This document shows, piece after piece, positions 1-6,984 of a stretch of DNA of 20,000 bases (the first letter of the stretch is position 1; each line of letters opens with the position of its first letter). The position numbers and the translations under genes were made by a program. Under the pieces are notes generated by a model. It saw only the letters and a program-made list of their open reading frames with translations, did no database searches and was not told the origin of the DNA. The stretch lies in sequence record DRR378314_1424; one strand, 5' to 3'.

Positions 1-581
1 ATCCGCAGATCATGAAGCGGGTTCCGATCAAAAAGGACTGGCACCCCGGCACGCCGGTGCCCACCCTTGTCAGCTGGTTGCGCTTCAAGGCCGCAGCGGC
101 GGAACGCGCCACGCCCCCCCTCGCCCCGGAGTCCGTAAAAACACCAGAGATTGACCGCCAACTGTCCCTGTTGGTTGCCTTATTGGGACCGGATGCGGAT
201 TATTCCGCCAAGCGCGACACGGATTTCCCGGAGTTTGATATCTCTAACCCAGCCCGCGAGACACCGGCATATGGCACATTTCTGGATGACGTGGACCGTG
301 CAACATCGGGGCTGATCGCAGCCCTGCGTTCTTATGCGCCCAAGAACGCCGAACCAGCAGAGGCTGGCGACTGGACCGGCGGGGCCGCACATGCAGATTT
401 TATTGGCGTTGTGGAAAGTCTTACCGCGCAAGCACAGATGATTGCCGGTGAAGCCGCCAACGACAAGAAGCGTCTGGAAGAATATCTGGAGCAACGTCAG
501 GCCACTTTGAACGCTGCGGCACAGCTCGAAGAGGATGACGCTGAAGATGACGAAGCGGAGGATGATAATCAGGGCAGATAG
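1..581 (+). CDS. Hypothetical protein, probably 5'-truncated by the window edge; helical C-terminus with acidic tail
   Basis: Frame is open from base 3 through the ATG at 12 to the TAG ending at 581. Coding-like composition; ends LEEDDAEDDEAEDDNQGR. No family recognised. Confidence 0.6.
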   Translation, partial: PQIMKRVPIKKDWHPGTPVPTLVSWLRFKAAAAERATPPLAPESVKTPEIDRQLSLLVALLGPDADYSAKRDTDFPEFDISNPARETPAYGTFLDDVDRATSGLIAALRSYAPKNAEPAEAGDWTGGAAHADFIGVVESLTAQAQMIAGEAANDKKRLEEYLEQRQATLNAAAQLEEDDAEDDEAEDDNQGR

Positions 582-1059
582 GGCCACGCTGGCCCGCCCT
601 GCGGCGCATCCCATCGTTGACAGATCCGGCTAGGGCAAACTCCGCTGGCCCGAGTTCCCGAGCGTTCATTGTTCTGTAATCCACACTGCCGTTGTGATCG
701 CCGGGGACCAATCCTCTGGGCGTCTTCCCCGCATTTTCTGCGCTGATGATGGCGGGTCCGTCAGGGCGACAAAGAGCTGGCTCCCCAGCTTCGCGACCCT
801 TGGCCCCTGTGCGGCAATCCCCGGTGACATCTGTTTTATGATTCCCGGGCGTGAATGCTTGCCAATTCGGCAGAACCTCGCCAGAACGTCACCGGATACA
901 ACGCAGGGTATATTCCACATCGACCAACACGACCACACGCATCCATTGCACGTGTTAAAAACGTGGCCTGCATTGCTAATTCGTTCCTGCCTAGTCTAAA
1001 TTTAGGACATCGGGCCGGTTTACACCATGTCAGCCACTCGTGCGGAGATAACCCTTTTC

Positions 1060-4000
1060 ATGACGCGCCCTGCACCGCATATCTCGGAGTTTCTGGCCGG
1101 CATCGGCCTGCCTCAACTGCTTGATCTGTTTTCCGCAGAAGACATTGATATGTCGACCCTGATGCTGTTGGACAAGGACGACCTGAAAGAGCTTGGCTTG
1201 ACCCTGGGCCAACGCAAGAAACTGCTGGCCGCGATGGATGCCTTGCCAGCAGCTGCGGGCGACGCAGCGCCTGCCGATGCCCCCCCCGAAGAGGCCCCGA
1301 TCCAGCTGCGCCGTATCAGCGTGCTGTTCTGCGATATTGTTGGCTCCACAGAGTTGAGCCAGCAGCACAGTATCGAAGACATGCAGATCATCATGCAGCA
1401 TTATTATCAGGTCGCTGATGACATCGCCCGACAGCATGATGGCTATCTTGTCGGCTCGCAAGGTGATGGTGTGGTCATCCTGTTCGGCTATCCGCGTGTC
1501 CTTGACGGATTTGCCGAACGCTGTGTTCAGGCGGCACAGAATCTACAACGCGCATTGGCGGAAAAGCTGGTGACCTTTGACGGACGGGCGTCGTTTCATA
1601 TCCCCACACGGATTGGCATTGCCACCGGGCAGGCCGCCGTCGGACAGGCCAGCGGGGCCCTGCGCGGAGATGCGATGCAACTGGTTGGCCCCGTGGTCAA
1701 TCGCGCCGCGCGGCTTCAGACCGTGGCCAACCCGCAATCCATTGTGGTGGACAGCAAGACCCAGCATCTGACCCGAAGTTCCGTACTTTATTCCGAGGTA
1801 GAGGCGCATGACCTCAAGGGGCTGCCCTCTGGCACTGAAGTGTTTCACGTTCTAGGGCTGCGCCATGAGGTCGAAGGCCCGGTTGCACCCGCCACGCTGA
1901 TCGGGCGTGACGGCGAGGCTGCCACCCTGCGCCGACTGTGGACGCAGGCGCAGGCCGGCACGCCGGTTACCGTCACAATCACCGGCGATGCGGGCATTGG
2001 AAAATCGACCCTGATCCAAAGTTTCGTGTCGATGCAGACCAACCCTTCGATGCGCGTCCTGCACCTGCATTGCGCTGCAATGGGTGCCCGCTCGCCCTTG
2101 TTGCCGGTGGCCAAAACACTGGATGCGCTGACCGCTTCAGGGGCGACAAACCCATCGCTCGCCAGTCTTCTCGGTGACCCGGCCCCGGAACTGCTGCACC
2201 GTGCCGCCCAGTTCCTCGGACTTGGTGCCGCACCTGCGGAAGATGTGACGCTTTCGCTGCGGGACCGTGACAGTATCCTTGATCTGCTTGGCCGCTGGAT
2301 CATCCGGGGGGCATCCGGCCCGACCCTGCTGTTTGTGGAAAACGCCCAATGGGCCGACAACTCCACTCGCGAGCTTTTGAAACGTGCCGCGGAACGTGCC
2401 CGCCGCGAGGGGGCTGCGCTGATGATGATCGCCGCAACGCGCGCAGACAGCCCCGACATCTGGATCGAACAGAAAGGCCATGAAACCCTGATCCTGCCGC
2501 CGCTGGATCAGCGCCATTGTGAAAAGCTGTTGCAGGGGATTTTTGGGAACAAGCCAATCCCGCACCCCATCCGTAACAACATCCTGAGTCATTCCGGCGG
2601 CAATCCCCTGATGCTGGAAACACTGGGCCAGGCGCAGGCCACGCAGCAACAGACAATGGTCGCAGGTTCGGTGGAAATCCCGCATACGATTTATGAATCC
2701 GTCTCCAAACGTCTTGACGGGATCCGTATGGGGCGCAGCGTGATCGAAGCCCTTGCAGTCTTGGACAGCCCAGCCAGCCCTTCCCTGTTAGCGGCGGTCC
2801 TTGATCGTGATGCCGACAGCATGAAACCGGCGATAGACGCATTGGAACAGGCCGGTCTGGTCTTGCGTGAGGGGACACAAGGACAGGAGGTGGCGACCAT
2901 CCGCCATCAGGTGTACCGAGATGTGATCTATGAACAGATCGTCGGACAATCCCGAAGGCGGCTGCACACGGCGGCCTATTCGGCGCTGGACGGATATTAT
3001 ACAGACACTGAGGCCCAGCGCCCTGATGTTCTGGCAACACATGCTCATGTCGCACGAGATTGGGAAAACACTGCCGCTCATGCGCTGGAGGCAGGCGAAA
3101 GCCTGCTGAAACGCTCTGCTCTGATCGAAGCGGGGCATTTCCTGGAAATGGCCAATGGCGCCATGCAACGGCTGCCGGGCAATGCTGCCAACAAGAAAAA
3201 ACACCTGCGTACGATCACCGGTCTCGCCTCTGTTGAACGGTCACGCTTTGGGATCGCGACGGACGCCAGTGCGGATCTTGGCACACAGGCGGTGCAACTC
3301 GCCCGCGAGCTTGGCGACAGCAAGACAGAGCTTTTAGCGCTGAACGGGCTTTATGCGCATTCATTGGTGCGGGCCAACTATCCGCAGGCGCAGGAATACG
3401 CCGAAACCCTGTTGGAAACCGCCAGCCACAGTCAGGACAAGACCTTTGTGATGATTGGCACCCGCGCCATTGGGGCCGTGGCGTTTCACCGATCCGACCA
3501 GAAAACCGCCCAGCGCAACCTAAGTCTGGCCTTGTCCCAATATGACAAGGACACCCATCTGCCTCTGGCCCATGCCCATGGCTATGACCACGCGGAAATC
3601 TGCGCGGCCTTCCTTTGCATGTCAAACTGGCTGACTGGTGATCTACAGCAATCGCGCCATTTTGGTGCCTTCTCCATCAACCATTCCCGTGAAATCGGCC
3701 ATGCCCATTCACTGGCGCAGGCAATGGCCTTTCGGGTCATGCTGGGGGCGCTTGCCCGCCATGGAACCGAACTTTCGGTGATTGCCAGCGAAGCCATTGC
3801 ATTAGGTGAAAAACACGACATCCGGGTGATGCGCGCCGCTGCCGTCCTGTTCCCTTTTGTCACCCAACTGTGCCTGCGGCCCGAACCGCCAAAACCTGCC
3901 GAGATGACTGACCTTGCCCTGCGCGTAAAAGAGTTTCGCGAGGTAAACCCCTTTAACTACGGGCCCTTGGTCGCCTCCTTGATCGCCGAAGCCTCTTTGC

Positions 4001-4353
4001 GGGCTGATGATATTGACGGCGCAGAGGCCGCCCTGTCAGAAGGTTCAACGCTTGAGCTGCGCACCGGTGAGACCTGGACAGCACCCGAATTGTTGCGCCT
4101 GCGGGCCTGCGTTGCCGCAGCGCGGGGGAAGGTCGAGATTGCCGGCCAGCTGCGTCAGGAAGCCTTGAAAAGTGCAACCCGCGCCGGTGCCCTGACGCTG
4201 GCGCTGCGGATCCTCTGCGACATTGCCGTGGCGGATCCCGGCCCGACCACAATCCAGCCTCTGCGTGACGCCCTGCAACGAATGGCATCCGATGATCAGG
4301 GGTGGGATACGCAACGCGCCACCGCCCTTGTTCAGGCCGTTGGCCTGACCTGA
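1060..4353 (+). CDS. SAM domain - class III adenylate/guanylate cyclase - AAA/STAND ATPase - TPR-like helical protein
   Basis: SAM domain (FLAGIGLPQ...DDLKELGLTLGQRKKLL); cyclase motifs VLFCDIVGST, GDG, RIGIATG and VNRAARLQ; Walker A GDAGIGKS; HSGGNPL motif; Ala/Leu-rich helical C-terminus. Start is 1060 (GGAG at 1044-1047) or 1027. Confidence 0.9.
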   Translation: MTRPAPHISEFLAGIGLPQLLDLFSAEDIDMSTLMLLDKDDLKELGLTLGQRKKLLAAMDALPAAAGDAAPADAPPEEAPIQLRRISVLFCDIVGSTELSQQHSIEDMQIIMQHYYQVADDIARQHDGYLVGSQGDGVVILFGYPRVLDGFAERCVQAAQNLQRALAEKLVTFDGRASFHIPTRIGIATGQAAVGQASGALRGDAMQLVGPVVNRAARLQTVANPQSIVVDSKTQHLTRSSVLYSEVEAHDLKGLPSGTEVFHVLGLRHEVEGPVAPATLIGRDGEAATLRRLWTQAQAGTPVTVTITGDAGIGKSTLIQSFVSMQTNPSMRVLHLHCAAMGARSPLLPVAKTLDALTASGATNPSLASLLGDPAPELLHRAAQFLGLGAAPAEDVTLSLRDRDSILDLLGRWIIRGASGPTLLFVENAQWADNSTRELLKRAAERARREGAALMMIAATRADSPDIWIEQKGHETLILPPLDQRHCEKLLQGIFGNKPIPHPIRNNILSHSGGNPLMLETLGQAQATQQQTMVAGSVEIPHTIYESVSKRLDGIRMGRSVIEALAVLDSPASPSLLAAVLDRDADSMKPAIDALEQAGLVLREGTQGQEVATIRHQVYRDVIYEQIVGQSRRRLHTAAYSALDGYYTDTEAQRPDVLATHAHVARDWENTAAHALEAGESLLKRSALIEAGHFLEMANGAMQRLPGNAANKKKHLRTITGLASVERSRFGIATDASADLGTQAVQLARELGDSKTELLALNGLYAHSLVRANYPQAQEYAETLLETASHSQDKTFVMIGTRAIGAVAFHRSDQKTAQRNLSLALSQYDKDTHLPLAHAHGYDHAEICAAFLCMSNWLTGDLQQSRHFGAFSINHSREIGHAHSLAQAMAFRVMLGALARHGTELSVIASEAIALGEKHDIRVMRAAAVLFPFVTQLCLRPEPPKPAEMTDLALRVKEFREVNPFNYGPLVASLIAEASLRADDIDGAEAALSEGSTLELRTGETWTAPELLRLRACVAAARGKVEIAGQLRQEALKSATRAGALTLALRILCDIAVADPGPTTIQPLRDALQRMASDDQGWDTQRATALVQAVGLT

Positions 4354-5675
4354 ACAAAAGCGCCGCCAAGGGTCAGGCGTTCCAGCAGTTTGAAAACAAG
4401 CGGCATGTCATGTTGACGGCCCAGCCGGTTCGCAATCTCTTGCAAGGATGCAGCAGGACGACAGGCCGCCGCAACATCCAGCGCGGTCACCGGCCCCAGC
4501 CCGGTCAGAAAATCATCCTGCACGCGAAGTTTAATTGCCGGTGCCCAATAAATGCGATCCTGTGACAGTACCGGGGCGCGGGTCAGTGGCGCGGCCAGCG
4601 TTACCGGACCTTGCAATACAAGCGCCGCTGGGGCGGATTGCACTTCGCGCGCGCTGCGGGCGGTCCAGAACGCGGTTTGAAACCGTGATTGATCCGCATA
4701 GGCACGATCCGTGGCAAGCTGCGCGGCAACCACCGCTGCCTGATGTTTGTGGCGCAAAAAACTCTGCGCCGCGTGGTCATCGCCAGTAGGATCAAGGATG
4801 GTCAAAGCGGCAATCGCCGTTTGAACCCCGCTGCGCAATGCATGGACCAACCCATGTGATGCAATCGGGTCCCGCGCCAATGCGGCATCCCCCACCAGCA
4901 AATGCCGCGCTGTGACAACAGGGTCCCCCACCGCAGACAGGCCCGCAGCAGCAGGTTTCCCCACAGTGATTGCAGATAGATAGGGGAAACAATCCGACTC
5001 CGCCAAACAAGCCCTCAGGTAAGCCGCGCGCGCCGCCGCCCCTTTTCCCGCAAGCGCTGCTGCGGGTTGGAACACCACACCTTGAACCTGACCTTCGGGC
5101 AATGAACAGGCCCAGAACCAGCCATCTGGCAAAGCCTCCAACCCCATCATAAAGGCGGGCGACTCCCCCCGCGCGGTAAATGGCAGGGCTGTGAGATCCG
5201 TGGCAGGGCGTTTGTTTGCATGACGTCCCCGGGCGTCAATCACCAGATCACACTGAACCTTGCCCGCATCCGTGTGCAATTGAACACCTTCGCCACACGG
5301 CCCAACGTCACGCACCCGCGCTTTTAACGCCCGTGCATATCGCAAGGCCTCCTCACGCAGGCTTTCATGCAAAGCACCACGGTGCAGCAGCAATGGCCCG
5401 GCACCTTCAAACGTGCGTAGCTCCGGGGCCTCACGCCAGACCATCTGCATCGCTTCTGCCGGTCCATCGCTGACGGCCCAGAATGCCTGAAGCAAGCCGA
5501 GCTCTTCTGCCAATGGTGCGCCGGATGGTGGAAAGCTCTCGATACCCTGACCCTTGTGAGGCGTGAGCGGATCAATCAGCAGGACGTCGATACCCGCCAG
5601 CCCCAGCTGGCGTGCGGCAATTGCCCCCGCCGGTCCTGCCCCCAATACAGCAACCTGCGCCTTATGCCTGCGCAT
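4332..5675 (-). CDS. FAD-dependent monooxygenase, LodB/GoxB/QhpG-like (putative tryptophylquinone-forming flavoprotein)
   Basis: GAGPAG Rossmann motif, ESFPP (cf. GESLPP), IDARGR, GWFW, VGDAALARDPIASHGL, and late YADQSRFQTAFWTAR, followed by a C-terminal extension. ATG at 5675 overlaps the radical SAM stop by 14 bp; the ORF track start at 5699 is the alternative. Confidence 0.8.
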   Translation of the reverse strand: MRRHKAQVAVLGAGPAGAIAARQLGLAGIDVLLIDPLTPHKGQGIESFPPSGAPLAEELGLLQAFWAVSDGPAEAMQMVWREAPELRTFEGAGPLLLHRGALHESLREEALRYARALKARVRDVGPCGEGVQLHTDAGKVQCDLVIDARGRHANKRPATDLTALPFTARGESPAFMMGLEALPDGWFWACSLPEGQVQGVVFQPAAALAGKGAAARAAYLRACLAESDCFPYLSAITVGKPAAAGLSAVGDPVVTARHLLVGDAALARDPIASHGLVHALRSGVQTAIAALTILDPTGDDHAAQSFLRHKHQAAVVAAQLATDRAYADQSRFQTAFWTARSAREVQSAPAALVLQGPVTLAAPLTRAPVLSQDRIYWAPAIKLRVQDDFLTGLGPVTALDVAAACRPAASLQEIANRLGRQHDMPLVFKLLERLTLGGAFVQVRPTA

Positions 5676-6984
5676 CAAACCAATCCGGCTGCGCCGCACT
5701 CAAGCGCCCGTAGGCGCGCAGCCCGTAGTCCAGCCAGCCCCGCACAAAGTCGCAGGCCGGTCGCCCCGCATGCAGCACCTCCTGATGGCAGCCACCGCCG
5801 CACAGCCGCCGGGCCCAACAGGTTTGGCACGGGGTTTGGCGTTCTACCGTGCGGGCATCTAGAAAGGCCGCGCGCGCGACATCATCCGGCCCGCTCTCCA
5901 GATCCCCCATCGCCCCCAGCGGATCTTTGACAAAGCGATGACAGGCGGAATAATCGCCAGCAGCATCCACTGCAAGATAATCACGCGCCGCACCACAGCC
6001 ATGGCTGCGCGGGCTGCCGCGATGAAGTTCGCCCAGAACCGTGGCGAGATTGGCAAAAGGATGGCTGCGCCCCGCGAGTGTCGCGCGCATCCAAGCGTCA
6101 CCACAGGCCGTCATCGCCGCCAGCAATTGTGCAAAATCCTGCCCGGCCAAGGCACCCTGCCCCGTGGGCGACGAAATCATCGGCGACACCCCAACCGAGG
6201 CAAAACCCAGCGCGGCAATATCATCAACCACCTGCAGCAGATCGAGATTTTGCGGCGTCACAGTCACCCGCGCGCCCAGCGAAATCCGGTCGCGATGCGC
6301 CAGCAGCGGTGCAAGGCGCTGCGCGACGCGGGCAAAGCTGCCCTTGCCCGCGCGATCAGGGCGCAGGCGGTCGTTCACCGCCTTGCCACCATCAAGGCTT
6401 ACCGTCACGGCAAACCGGTGGCGGGCGAAAAACGCAGCGTCCTCGGGGGAAATCAACGTGCCATTGGTGGTCAGGGAATAGCCCACCTGAATGGCCCGCG
6501 CAGCACCACGTTTATTTGCGTAAGTCACGGATTTTCGGATCAAATCCCGCGCCACCATGGGCTCCCCCCCCATAAAGGCAATCTTGACCCCGCCACCCGG
6601 AACGGTGGCATAAATCAACTGGTCAATCGCACGTTTGGCGACTGTCCAACCCATGCGCGTATCCGCCCCGCCAAAACTGCCACCCGCCGCGTAGCAATAG
6701 CCACAGGCCAGATTACAGGTTTGCGATACCGTCAGGGCCAGCGCCCGTACCGGATGGATTTCTGTATCAGGTGGCGTGCTAAGCGGCACAGCGTCGAGCC
6801 CCAAACGCGCCAGCTCAGGCGCGGCAGCTGCATCACCGGCCAGCAAGGCCGCACGCAGTTTCGTAGCCTGCGCATCCGACAGGCCAAAGATTGCAGCCGT
6901 TTCTGCCATCAGCACCAGATCATCCGCCACATGGGCCAGACCGCTGACCGGCTTCTGCATCAGATCAGGCAAAACCACCGTCAT
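5662..6984 (-). CDS. Radical SAM/SPASM protein maturase (QhpD/CteB-like) with probable N-terminal RRE
   Basis: CNLACGYC (CxxxCxxC), FMGGEP, TTNGT and VSLDG motifs; SPASM cysteines CGAARDYLAV...ACHRF and CQTCWARRLCGGGC...C; ~80-aa N-terminal extension. ATGA overlap with the upstream gene at 6981-6984. Confidence 0.92.
   Translation of the reverse strand: MTVVLPDLMQKPVSGLAHVADDLVLMAETAAIFGLSDAQATKLRAALLAGDAAAAPELARLGLDAVPLSTPPDTEIHPVRALALTVSQTCNLACGYCYAAGGSFGGADTRMGWTVAKRAIDQLIYATVPGGGVKIAFMGGEPMVARDLIRKSVTYANKRGAARAIQVGYSLTTNGTLISPEDAAFFARHRFAVTVSLDGGKAVNDRLRPDRAGKGSFARVAQRLAPLLAHRDRISLGARVTVTPQNLDLLQVVDDIAALGFASVGVSPMISSPTGQGALAGQDFAQLLAAMTACGDAWMRATLAGRSHPFANLATVLGELHRGSPRSHGCGAARDYLAVDAAGDYSACHRFVKDPLGAMGDLESGPDDVARAAFLDARTVERQTPCQTCWARRLCGGGCHQEVLHAGRPACDFVRGWLDYGLRAYGRLSAAQPDWFDAQA

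Noticed and set aside
628-665. c-di-GMP-I riboswitch (AGGGCAAAC seed)
   Set aside because: It lacks the GAAA-capped stem and the following GACGCAAA element.
964-977. Sigma-54 promoter (TGGC...TTGC)
   Set aside because: The GG-GC spacing is 8 nt rather than the required 10.
4332-5675. Flavin-dependent tryptophan halogenase
   Set aside because: The motif reads WFWACSLP rather than WxWxIP, and the ESFPP and FW..R motifs plus gene context fit the LodB/QhpG type better.
5662-6984. Anaerobic sulfatase maturase or PqqE
   Set aside because: No sulfatase or pqq genes are in the window; the N-terminal extension and SPASM pattern look more like thioether-forming maturases.
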